Assembly (NCBI GenBank): GCA_049644925.1
Contig: JBARSW010000206.1
Coordinates: 1-57,354, forward strand
Source: Chitinophagaceae bacterium
GTDB lineage: Bacteria; Bacteroidota; Bacteroidia; Chitinophagales; Chitinophagaceae
Direction: 5' to 3'
Length of the DNA stretch: 57,354 bases
How positions within the stretch are numbered: position 1 is the stretch's first letter; each line of letters opens with the position of its first letter. Position numbers and translations under genes: made by a program. The notes below the pieces were generated by a model. That model saw only the letters and a list, made by a program, of their open reading frames with translations, ran no database searches and was not told the origin of the DNA. This document shows positions 48,680-57,354 of the stretch, piece by piece.

Positions 48680-48791
48680 TGATGTAGTAATGATGTAGTC
48701 AAACTATATTGTAAATCAAATAGTTAGCTTTGGTGATGTAGTATTGAAGTGGTTGTTTTCTTTTTATTTGTTGTGGGCAGACTTAAATTTG
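48680..48791 (+). promoter_or_regulatory. susC promoter region: two tandem TGATGTAGT pairs, IHF-like site and -7 box
   Basis: TGATGTAGT at 48680, 48691 and 48734, TGAAGTGGT at 48745; AATCAAATAGTTA between the pairs; TAAATTTG at 48784-48791. Confidence 0.65.
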
Positions 48792-48833
48792 TATGGAAAA
48801 TTTTTCAATTTTTTTATCTAAACTGATTGCTTT

Positions 48834-51800
48834 ATGAAATTTAAAATCTCATTGCTATGCCTAACCTTTATCTTAGGCGGCTTGCTTCAGGAAGTAATGG
48901 GTCAGGGACTCGTTGTTTCAGGAAGTGTTAAGAAAAAATCAACCGGTGAACCTTTAATTGGAGTCACCATTTCGGTAAAAGGTACAAGAACCTTTGCCAC
49001 CACAAATTCAACCGGAAATTTTACTATTACTTCAAAATCAGGTGATGTATTGGCTTTTTCCTATGCTGGTATGGCGCCTTTTGAGCACAATGTAACGGGT
49101 GCCGGTCCCATTGAAATTTTGCTGGAAGAAAGTGCAACTGCTACTTTAGAAGATGTGGTGGTGAACGTAGGTTATGGTACACAAAGAAAAAGTGTGCTAA
49201 CCGGTTCTATCTCCAGTGTAAAAGCAAAGGACCTGGAGAAAATTCCTAATGGCCGAATTGAACAGGCTTTGCAGGGCCGGGTTTCTGGTGTTACTATTAT
49301 GCAAAATGCAGGCCAACCCGGTGCCGGTTCAACCGTTAGGGTTAGAGGTATTACTACATTTGGAGGAGGAAACGATCCACTTTGGGTAGTGGATGGTGTG
49401 GTGGTTGATAATGGTGCGATTGGTTATTTGAACCAGTCAGATATTGAATCCATTGAAGTATTGAAAGATGCAACATCTGCTGCCATTTATGGTACAAGGG
49501 CTGCAACCGGTGTTATCCTGATTACCACCAAAAAGGGAAAAGCAGGTAAACTAACCGTTAATTATAATGGCTTTTATGGCACTTCGGCTCCAGCAAAAGT
49601 GCTGCAATTATTAAATGCTACCCAGTATGCAGCAATAATTAATGAAAAATCTGTTGCCGGTGGCGGAAATGTTATTTTCCCCAATATCGGTTCTTATGGA
49701 GTAGGCACCGACTGGCAAAAACTGATATTTAACAACGATGCCCGCCGCTTTACTCATGAAATCAGTTTGAGTGGTGGTAGCGAAAAGTCAACTTTTTATT
49801 TATCATTTGGGATGTCTGACCAACAGGGAATTGTTACTTCAGAAATTTCAAATTTTACCAAGAAAAGTATTCGCTTAAATACAACACATAAAATATCTAA
49901 GATTTTCACTTTTGGTCAAACTGCCGGCTACACCCATCAAAAAGGCATTGGCCTGGGAAATACAAACAGTGAATATGGCGGACCTTTAAGTTCTGCAATT
50001 TCCCTGGATCCAATCACTCCTGTTGTTGTTACAGACCCGATTGCCGCAGCCTCTGCACCTTATAACAGTAATCCGGTAATCAGGGATGCAAATGGAAATC
50101 CTTATGGTATTTCTTCGATTGTTGGTCAGGAAATGACAAACCCGATTGCCTATATTCAAACAAGACTCGGTAATCATAATTTTTCTGATGATATAGTTGG
50201 AAATGCCTACCTGGAAGCAGCGGTTACAAAAAATTTAAAAATTAAATCCAGTGTTGGTGGAAAATTAGCTTTTTGGGGGGATAAGAATTTTACACCGGTT
50301 TTTTACCTGAGTGCTACCAATTCAGTACTTCAGAATAGTTATGGCAAAAGTAATAACAATGTCTTTAACTGGAATATTGAGAATACCATTATGTATAGCA
50401 GAATAGTAAACAATCATAATTTTTCTATACTGCTGGGACAGGGTGCTTATATTGATGGTAATGGCGGTGGATCTGCTGTTACTTTATTTAATTTACCAAT
50501 TTCCAGTTACCGGGATGCTTCTTTTAATTTTGATATTTCGCAGGCAAACAGAACTTCAGGTTCTTATGATTTTACCCTGCATAAATTATCATCTTTATTC
50601 AGTCGTTTGAATTATAGCTACCAGGATAAATATTTGTTTACCGGTATTGTCCGTCGGGATGGTTCATCTAGATTTGGGCTCAATAATAAATATGGTACAT
50701 TCCCATCTTTCTCAGCTGGTTGGGTAGTTAATAGAGAAGGCTTCTGGCCATCAAATAATGTAGTAAAAACGCTGAAAATAAGAGGTGGATACGGTATTGT
50801 TGGTAATGATGCTATCAGTGATTTTGGTTATCTATCTACTGTTGCCGGTGGATTTAATTACACCTTAGGAAATGGAGATGTTATTACCACAGGTTATGCT
50901 CCTACTTCTTTAGATAATCCAGACTTAAAATGGGAGGAAACTTCTCAGGCAAATATTGGCTTTGATGCCCAGTTGTTTAAAAGTTTCAATTTAACAGTGG
51001 ATTTTTATAATAAAAAAACTTCAGGTATCCTGCGTCCAATAACCATTCCCGGTTATGTAGGTGTTTCTTCTTCACCGGTTGGGAATGTGGCGGATATGGA
51101 AAATAAGGGTATTGAAGTGGAGTTAGGTTATCGCAAAAAATTTGGAGATGTTAATTTCTCTGCAAATGGTAATGTAGCTTATTTAAAAAACAAGGTTACT
51201 TTCTTAGATGAGGATAGGGATTTTATTGACGGTTACGCATCTTATCAATCAATGGGTCCTGTTACAAGAATTCAGGTTGGTCAGTCTTTTAATTCTTTCT
51301 ATGGATTTAAAACTGCAGGAATTTTCCAGAATATGGCTGAGATTAATTCTTATAAAAGTTCTACTGGAGCAATCATTCAGCCCAATGCAAGACCTGGTGA
51401 TTTCCGTTGGGAAGATACTAATGGCGATGGTACTATCACAAATGATGACAAAACTTTCCTCGGAACAAATCTTCCAAAATTCACTTTTGGTTTGACGTTG
51501 AATGCTGATTACAAAGGTTTCGATTTAATGTTATTCGGACAGGGCGCCACTGGTAATAAGATTTTCCAGGGTTTGCGTCGCCTGGATGTTGGTAATTCTA
51601 ATTATCAGACTAAAGCATTAAGCCGCTGGACAGGTGAGGGTACTTCAAATGACTATCCCCGTCTTACAAGCAATGATGCAAATGGAAACTTTGGAAATAT
51701 GTCTGACTTTTATTTAGAGAAGGGAGATTATCTGCGTCTTAAAGTTGTTCAGTTGGGTTATACTTTGAAACATAAATATTTAAATAAGATTGGTGCTACC

Positions 51801-51953
51801 AGCTTACGTTTTTACCTGACTGGTGAAAACCTGCTGACCTTAACTAATTACACCGGTTACGATCCTGAAGTTGGCGGTGGTGTTTTCGGTATAGACAAAG
51901 GTTATTACCCGCAGGCCAGGTCATTTATTTTCGGAGCACAATTACAATTCTGA
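48834..51953 (+). CDS. susC: SusC/RagA-family TonB-dependent transporter
   Basis: VGYGTQ, PLWVVDG, DIESIEVLKDATSAAIYGTRAATGVILITTKKG, RRDGSSRFG, LKWEET, YPQARSF..G..L.F. Confidence 0.96.
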   Translation: MKFKISLLCLTFILGGLLQEVMGQGLVVSGSVKKKSTGEPLIGVTISVKGTRTFATTNSTGNFTITSKSGDVLAFSYAGMAPFEHNVTGAGPIEILLEESATATLEDVVVNVGYGTQRKSVLTGSISSVKAKDLEKIPNGRIEQALQGRVSGVTIMQNAGQPGAGSTVRVRGITTFGGGNDPLWVVDGVVVDNGAIGYLNQSDIESIEVLKDATSAAIYGTRAATGVILITTKKGKAGKLTVNYNGFYGTSAPAKVLQLLNATQYAAIINEKSVAGGGNVIFPNIGSYGVGTDWQKLIFNNDARRFTHEISLSGGSEKSTFYLSFGMSDQQGIVTSEISNFTKKSIRLNTTHKISKIFTFGQTAGYTHQKGIGLGNTNSEYGGPLSSAISLDPITPVVVTDPIAAASAPYNSNPVIRDANGNPYGISSIVGQEMTNPIAYIQTRLGNHNFSDDIVGNAYLEAAVTKNLKIKSSVGGKLAFWGDKNFTPVFYLSATNSVLQNSYGKSNNNVFNWNIENTIMYSRIVNNHNFSILLGQGAYIDGNGGGSAVTLFNLPISSYRDASFNFDISQANRTSGSYDFTLHKLSSLFSRLNYSYQDKYLFTGIVRRDGSSRFGLNNKYGTFPSFSAGWVVNREGFWPSNNVVKTLKIRGGYGIVGNDAISDFGYLSTVAGGFNYTLGNGDVITTGYAPTSLDNPDLKWEETSQANIGFDAQLFKSFNLTVDFYNKKTSGILRPITIPGYVGVSSSPVGNVADMENKGIEVELGYRKKFGDVNFSANGNVAYLKNKVTFLDEDRDFIDGYASYQSMGPVTRIQVGQSFNSFYGFKTAGIFQNMAEINSYKSSTGAIIQPNARPGDFRWEDTNGDGTITNDDKTFLGTNLPKFTFGLTLNADYKGFDLMLFGQGATGNKIFQGLRRLDVGNSNYQTKALSRWTGEGTSNDYPRLTSNDANGNFGNMSDFYLEKGDYLRLKVVQLGYTLKHKYLNKIGATSLRFYLTGENLLTLTNYTGYDPEVGGGVFGIDKGYYPQARSFIFGAQLQF

Positions 51954-52030
51954 TTTTTAATATTAATTATTGAGAATTATATAACCAATATTGAGTATCA
52001 AAAATTATAAAACTGACAAAATTTATTAAA

Positions 52031-53548
52031 ATGAAAAAAATAAAATTTATCAACTTTTTTACTGCTGCAGCCTTGATCTTGTCAATGGCGGCCTGTAAAA
52101 AAAGTTTTGTGGATATTACTCCAAAGGGACAATTCCTGACGGAGAATTATTATGCTGACCAAACTCAGGCCTATGGTGCCCTTGTAGGAGTATATGATGC
52201 AATTCGTAAAAACTCCGGCGGTTTTGAAAATATGATCACCATGATGAACGCAGGGTCTGATGACCATGTGGCAGGTGGCGGTGGTGCAACTGATGGAGCC
52301 GGAATACAAGGATTATCCAACTTCACATTAAACGCTTTAATAATGCCCGGAAGTTTCTGGAATGACCATTACCAGGGAATTTTTAAAGCCAACACTTTAT
52401 TGATAAAATTAGGAAGCACTACTGTTATGGATGCTGCTTTAAAAGCAAGGTATGCTGCTGAAGCAAAAGCATTAAGAGGGCTGTATTATTTTAACCTTGT
52501 TAGAATGTTTAAAAACGTTCCATTGTTAACAGAACCATTAACTGCAACAAATATGTACGATGTGGTTCAGGCCACTCCCCGCAGCGTTTATGACCAGATT
52601 GAAAAAGACCTGACAGAAGCAATCGCTGGTTTACCCAATACCGTTTCAGCTTCAACCGAAGCAGGTCGTTTTACAAAAGGTGCAGCACAGGCATTATTGG
52701 GAAAAGTTTACCTGTTTGATAACAAAGGTGCATTAGCGGCTGCTCAGTTAGCAACTGTAAATGGCCCCACACCAGGTGGTATCAGCACTTATGGTTACAG
52801 GTTACTTACCAATTTCAGCGATTTATGGGTTGTTGCTAATAAATTTAATACTGAATCAATTTTAGAATGTGGACATAGTGCTGCAGGCAACTCCGATTGG
52901 GGTTGGTGGGGTAGTGGCAGAGATGAAGGAAATACGGTGAATGTAATGGTAGGTCCAAGAAGCTATTCAAGACCAACAGGTTCTACAGCACCTGCTTTGC
53001 CTTCAGGTTGGAGCTTTAATGTTTTCACCCAGGATTTCTATGATGCAATAAAATTAGACCCACGGTTTGGCGCAACTGTTTTTGACCTGAAAGCTTTGAA
53101 ATTAGCAGGCCAGGCAGATTATATTGAGGGATACCAGAATACCGGATATTTCTTAAATAAGTTTTTGCCCAGACAATCTGATGTAAGAACAGGTGGTGGT
53201 TCATTAGAATTGAATTACAAACAAAACACTTACGTTATCCGTTTGGCAGATACTTATTTAATGGAAGCAGAAGCATTGGGCGGAACAGGAGCAAGGGCAC
53301 AGGCTTTATTAGATGCAGTAAGAGCAAGAGTTGGTTTAAGTTCAGTTCCTGTATCCTTAGCAGCCATCAAGCTGGAACGCAGATTAGAATTAGGTGGAGA
53401 AGGTCATCGGTTCTTTGACTTAGTAAGGTGGGGAGATGCCGCTTCAAAATTAGCCGGCAGAGGATTTACCGCTGGTAAAAATGAAATTTTCCCGATTCCT
53501 TATGCTGAATTACAGGGTACCAAATTAGTTCAAAACCCAGGTTATTAA
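52031..53548 (+). CDS. susD: SusD/RagB-family glycan-binding lipoprotein
   Basis: Lipobox MAAC; EAK.LR..YYF.LV..F..VP, IRLAD.YL..AEA, ERRLEL..EG.RFFDL.RWG, QNPGY. Confidence 0.96.
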   Translation: MKKIKFINFFTAAALILSMAACKKSFVDITPKGQFLTENYYADQTQAYGALVGVYDAIRKNSGGFENMITMMNAGSDDHVAGGGGATDGAGIQGLSNFTLNALIMPGSFWNDHYQGIFKANTLLIKLGSTTVMDAALKARYAAEAKALRGLYYFNLVRMFKNVPLLTEPLTATNMYDVVQATPRSVYDQIEKDLTEAIAGLPNTVSASTEAGRFTKGAAQALLGKVYLFDNKGALAAAQLATVNGPTPGGISTYGYRLLTNFSDLWVVANKFNTESILECGHSAAGNSDWGWWGSGRDEGNTVNVMVGPRSYSRPTGSTAPALPSGWSFNVFTQDFYDAIKLDPRFGATVFDLKALKLAGQADYIEGYQNTGYFLNKFLPRQSDVRTGGGSLELNYKQNTYVIRLADTYLMEAEALGGTGARAQALLDAVRARVGLSSVPVSLAAIKLERRLELGGEGHRFFDLVRWGDAASKLAGRGFTAGKNEIFPIPYAELQGTKLVQNPGY

Positions 53549-54666
53549 TGAACAAAAATTTTTATAAAATGAAGCAAATAAAATTAATATACTGTATTGC
53601 GTTCCTGGCATTATTGGCTATGGGATGCGAAAAGAAAGATGGTATTGACCAGGATTTATCTTTTTTAAGTTCTGCCAATTCATCAGCCCTTGCCAAGATT
53701 TTTGAAATCAGCAATGATAATTCCGGGAATGTTAAGATAACACCAACTGGTGAAGGCGTTTCATCATTTGTTGTTAATTACGGACATGGCACCGGATCCT
53801 CTGCATCGGCAACCGTTGCACCGGGTAACAATACAACGCATTCCTATCCGGAAGGAAGTTATACGGTTACCATTGTTTCTTATGATATTGCCGGTAAGAG
53901 TACCAGTACCACTTATCCTCTTACATTGACTTACAGAGCTCCTGAAAATATCACTGTAAATATTGGAAGCGATGCGAAAATCAGTGCGACAGCTTTGTAT
54001 GCAAAGTCTTTTTTAGTTTATTATGGTGATGTTGCCAATGAAGTGGGTACACCTATGGCAATTGGCCAAACGCTACCTACTCATATTTACCCGGCTGGCG
54101 GACCATATGATCTAAAGGTTGTAGCTCTAAGCGGTGGTGCAGCCACTTCTCAAAAAATTACAACTATGTTTGGGTTCCCTTTAACTTTTGAAAGTCCGAC
54201 AATGGATTACTTTTTTGGAACTTTTGGTGATGTACAATTTTCAAAAGTTGCTAACCCGGCTGCTGGAGGAATTAACACAACTGCTACTGTTGGTAAATAT
54301 GTAAAACCTTCTGGTGTGCCTAACTGGAGTGGTACTTACAGTCCATTGAATATTCCAATAAATTTTGCCCAGGGGAATAAAGTGAAAGTGCTGGTCTATA
54401 ATCCTGATGTAGCCAATGTTGGTAAGATGCTGAATGTTGAATTGGAGGCTGGTGTGGCAGGTACAGGCGCAACAAACAATGGAGTAGGTGTTTTAAAAGT
54501 TCCTATCACCACTTCGGGTGCATGGGAAGAGTTGGTTTTTGATTTTAGTACCATTCCTGCAATCCCTGCTACAGCAAGGTTTGCACAGTTGGTTTTAAGA
54601 TTTAATGATGCTGCAAATGGAGCAGGCGAAACCATATATCTTGATAATTTCAGACTTACAAACTAA
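53548..54666 (+). CDS. PUL surface lipoprotein with PKD-like and putative carbohydrate-binding domains
   Basis: Lipobox AMGC; THSYPEGSYTVT PKD-like strand; C-terminal WEELVFDFS...IYLDNF. Confidence 0.8.
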   Translation: MNKNFYKMKQIKLIYCIAFLALLAMGCEKKDGIDQDLSFLSSANSSALAKIFEISNDNSGNVKITPTGEGVSSFVVNYGHGTGSSASATVAPGNNTTHSYPEGSYTVTIVSYDIAGKSTSTTYPLTLTYRAPENITVNIGSDAKISATALYAKSFLVYYGDVANEVGTPMAIGQTLPTHIYPAGGPYDLKVVALSGGAATSQKITTMFGFPLTFESPTMDYFFGTFGDVQFSKVANPAAGGINTTATVGKYVKPSGVPNWSGTYSPLNIPINFAQGNKVKVLVYNPDVANVGKMLNVELEAGVAGTGATNNGVGVLKVPITTSGAWEELVFDFSTIPAIPATARFAQLVLRFNDAANGAGETIYLDNFRLTN

Positions 54667-54677
54667 AAAAAAGAAAC

Positions 54678-55592
54678 ATGAAAAATAATTTTAAAGCACT
54701 TTTAGGAATAATGGCTTTGCTGCTGCTTTTCAGCGGTTGCAAAAAAAAGAGCTATTCCTTAGGCGATTTAACTTCGCCAACTAGCCTTGTAATTACAACA
54801 GAAATTGTTGGACAAACTGCCTCCCTGCCTAATGGCGATGGTTCAGGAGATGTAAAAATTACACTTACTGCAAACAATGCACTTTCTTATAAGGTAGATT
54901 ATGATGCCAGTAATGGTATTTCACTGGAGTTTTTACCAACCGGAAGTATTACCAAGAAGTTTGCTTCTCTTGGTACCAATACTTATAAAATTACTGCTGT
55001 AGCTTATGGCAAAGGAGGAACATCCACTACTATCACCAAGGATATAACTGTGAGATTTGATTTTCAACCGGATGCAACAATTGTTAATAACTTAACATCT
55101 GGTACTACAAAAACCTGGAAAGTGGATAAAGATGTACCGGGTCATTTCGGTGTTGGTCCCTGGAATGCTACTTCGGTAACTCCGGAGTGGTGGGCTGCAG
55201 CTCCCGATGAAAAAGTAGGTTGTTGTAATTGTTTTTATACTGCCAATTTTAAATTTACCAGGGTTTCCGCGGCTTCATATACACTGCAGGTAACAACTCC
55301 TGACGGAGCATTTACTAAAACCGGGGGATTGACAACACTTCCAGGAATACCGGGGTCTGGAGCTGAAGGTTGTTATTCTTACGGCGGTGGAACATCCTCA
55401 TTTGCATTTCTTCCAAACAGTACCAGGCCTGCAAATACAAGTATCCTTTTATCCGGGGTAAATACTTTTATCGGTTATGGTGCTGTGCAAAAAGAGTTTG
55501 AAATATTGCAAATTACTCCTACTTACCTGTATCTGAGGGTTCAAGGAACAGAAACAGGAAATGCATGGTATTTGAAAATGAAACCCATTTAG
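54678..55592 (+). CDS. PUL surface lipoprotein (PKD-like)
   Basis: Lipobox FSGC; GDGSG.V...A.NA.SY; KTWK.D...GHFGVGP. Confidence 0.8.
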   Translation: MKNNFKALLGIMALLLLFSGCKKKSYSLGDLTSPTSLVITTEIVGQTASLPNGDGSGDVKITLTANNALSYKVDYDASNGISLEFLPTGSITKKFASLGTNTYKITAVAYGKGGTSTTITKDITVRFDFQPDATIVNNLTSGTTKTWKVDKDVPGHFGVGPWNATSVTPEWWAAAPDEKVGCCNCFYTANFKFTRVSAASYTLQVTTPDGAFTKTGGLTTLPGIPGSGAEGCYSYGGGTSSFAFLPNSTRPANTSILLSGVNTFIGYGAVQKEFEILQITPTYLYLRVQGTETGNAWYLKMKPI

Positions 55593-55632
55593 TAGTTTCA
55601 TTGTCAGCTATTTTTAGTTGATACAGATATAT

Positions 55633-55667
55633 AAAAGGAGGAGTAGTGACTACTGCTCCTCCTTTTT
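55633..55667 (+). terminator. Stem-loop/terminator inside the PUL
   Basis: aaaaggaggagtag/ctgctcctcctttt stem followed by T-run, before the GH16 start. Confidence 0.7.
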
Positions 55668-55704
55668 ACTTTACTTAATTAAGACAAAACTTATAATTAG
55701 TATC

Positions 55705-56730
55705 ATGAGGAAAATTTCAATTATTTATTTGTTAGTGTTGTCTGGATTATTTTCATGTGGTAAAGACAATAATCCCGGAACTGTTAATCAATTGCCGGAA
55801 AATTTAGCTGTAAATGCAGTGGTAAACCCGGACAATAGTGGTAATGTATCTTTTACAGCAACGGCTACTAATACCGTTCTTTATACGTATGATATGGGGG
55901 ACGGAGTAGTAAATCAATTAACTACTACCGGATTACTTACCTATAAATATCAATCTTCCGGCACTTATACTGTTACGGTGGTAGCAAAAAGTGCAACAGG
56001 TCAGACAATTTCAAAATCAATAACTATTTCGGTCACGGTGGTTTTATCGTTGGTTTGGTCTGATGAGTTTAATACTCCTGGTTTGCCAGATGCAAACAAG
56101 TGGGGGTATGATCTTGGAGCTGGCGGCTGGGGTAATAATGAAGTACAATACTATACAAACAGAATTGATAATGCTGAAGTGTCTGGTGGTACATTAAAAA
56201 TTACTTTAAAAAAGGAAGCTTATAGTGGCAGTGCATACACTTCTGCCCGATTATTAAGCAAGGGAAAATATTCATTTAAATATGGCAAAATTGAAGCAAG
56301 AGCAAAATTGCCGGCAGGCGGAGGAACATGGCCTGCCATCTGGATGCTGGGCGACAATATTTCAACTGTAAGTTGGCCTGCATGTGGAGAAATTGATATA
56401 ATGGAGCATGTAGGGAACCAGTTAAATAAAATCTATGCCACGTTGCATCACCCCGGTCATTCCGGTGGAAATGGAGATGGAAGCACTACGATGATTTCAA
56501 ATGCTACCACTGAGTTTCATAAATATTCGATGGAATGGTCAGCCTCAACCATTAAGTTTTATGTGGACGATGTCATTTTCTACACTTTTGCAAACTCTGC
56601 CAGTGTGCCTTTTAATCAAAACTTCTTTATCATACTGAATGTAGCGATGGGAGGAAATTTTGGTGGAGCAGTTGACCCGGCTTTTACCAGTGCAGCTATG
56701 GAGATCGATTACGTCAGGGTTTATAATTAA
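55705..56730 (+). CDS. GH16 glycoside hydrolase (laminarinase-like) lipoprotein with PKD domain
   Basis: Lipobox LFSC; WSDEF, GWGNNE, WPAIWMLG, GEIDIMEH catalytic motif; start probably 55705. Confidence 0.93.
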   Translation: MRKISIIYLLVLSGLFSCGKDNNPGTVNQLPENLAVNAVVNPDNSGNVSFTATATNTVLYTYDMGDGVVNQLTTTGLLTYKYQSSGTYTVTVVAKSATGQTISKSITISVTVVLSLVWSDEFNTPGLPDANKWGYDLGAGGWGNNEVQYYTNRIDNAEVSGGTLKITLKKEAYSGSAYTSARLLSKGKYSFKYGKIEARAKLPAGGGTWPAIWMLGDNISTVSWPACGEIDIMEHVGNQLNKIYATLHHPGHSGGNGDGSTTMISNATTEFHKYSMEWSASTIKFYVDDVIFYTFANSASVPFNQNFFIILNVAMGGNFGGAVDPAFTSAAMEIDYVRVYN

Positions 56731-56923
56731 TTAAAGTAGTTATTAGCTATGGTTAGGAAAAAGGGTAAAGAAATTTGAGATAATGAATAAATGATTAGTC
56801 AGTATGATTACCTTTTTCATAAGCAGCAGTTTTCATATAGGCAATTAGCAACTAGTGGAACGTATTTTCTTTTCTAAGATGATACCTCCACTTTTTTAAT
56901 ATTCTATTTTAGAAATATTTTTT

Positions 56924-57354
56924 ATGAAGGGCAGAATTTTCAGATTTAAACATATTTTCCTGGTCTACATACTATTTATCTCATGTAGTGTTTCCAAAAA
57001 TTCTTTTCAAAAGGAAATTGCTGATGGACAGAATATTGTTATTGCACACCGCGGTGCATGGAAAAAAGATAAGCTGCCGGAAAATTCAATTGCTTCACTC
57101 AAACAATCCATAGTTGCTGAGTATTCAGGTTCAGAATTTGATGTAAGAATGACTGCTGATGATTCGTTAGTTATTAATCATGATCCGGAATACAATAAAT
57201 TATCTATCGAAAAGACAAAATATGCCGATTTGATAACTTTCAGGCTTTCGAACGGCGAAACCCTTCCAACATTAAGAGAATATATTCTGGCTGGTAAAGA
57301 AAACAATACATCCACCAGTTTAATTTGTGAAATTAAACCATCTGAAATAAGTAC
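56924..57354 (+). CDS. Glycerophosphodiester phosphodiesterase family protein (3' truncated by window)
   Basis: Not in the ORF track. Translates MKGRIF...VIAHRGAW...PENSIASL...GSEFDVRMTADD..VINHD...PTL.E, the GDPD motifs. Confidence 0.88.
   Translation, partial: MKGRIFRFKHIFLVYILFISCSVSKNSFQKEIADGQNIVIAHRGAWKKDKLPENSIASLKQSIVAEYSGSEFDVRMTADDSLVINHDPEYNKLSIEKTKYADLITFRLSNGETLPTLREYILAGKENNTSTSLICEIKPSEIS

Noticed and set aside
1..57354. tRNA, rRNA, CRISPR array, prophage, reverse transcriptase or recognisable defence genes
   Set aside because: None recognised by eye; covariance-model and HMM searches were not run.

Overview
AT-rich Bacteroidota DNA, probably Chitinophagaceae. This is inferred from T9SS C-terminal domains, SusC/SusD genes and TAnnTTTG promoters. 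Left to right: housekeeping and hypothetical genes (1-7.4 kb); a ~17 kb accessory block (7.4-24.3 kb); a MurC-like ligase, a deaminase and two large LamG/T9SS proteins; an ECF sigma pair; a phoH/crcB/ppa cluster; a TonB receptor; a hairpin-flanked IS200-type tnpA; and a beta-glucan-type PUL (regulator, susC, susD, two lipoproteins, GH16) followed by a partial GDPD. The most interesting part is the 17 kb block. It lies between an intact ydeI/OmdA-family gene and a frameshifted second copy sharing a perfect 57-bp core. It encodes two sensor kinases with closely related transmitter domains, one NarL-type regulator and an unannotated, internally deleted regulator remnant. Its cargo is two operons of exported proteins: a putative OM barrel, lipase-ricin, 29-aa repeat protein, unknown protein and papain-ricin; and a T9SS protein plus a fibre-like protein. 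A TAGCTA-N4-TAGCTA motif sits exactly 23 bp from the -7 box at four promoters. Two of these copies are written into the last codons of the kinases themselves. All functional calls come from motif recognition by eye; no database search was run.
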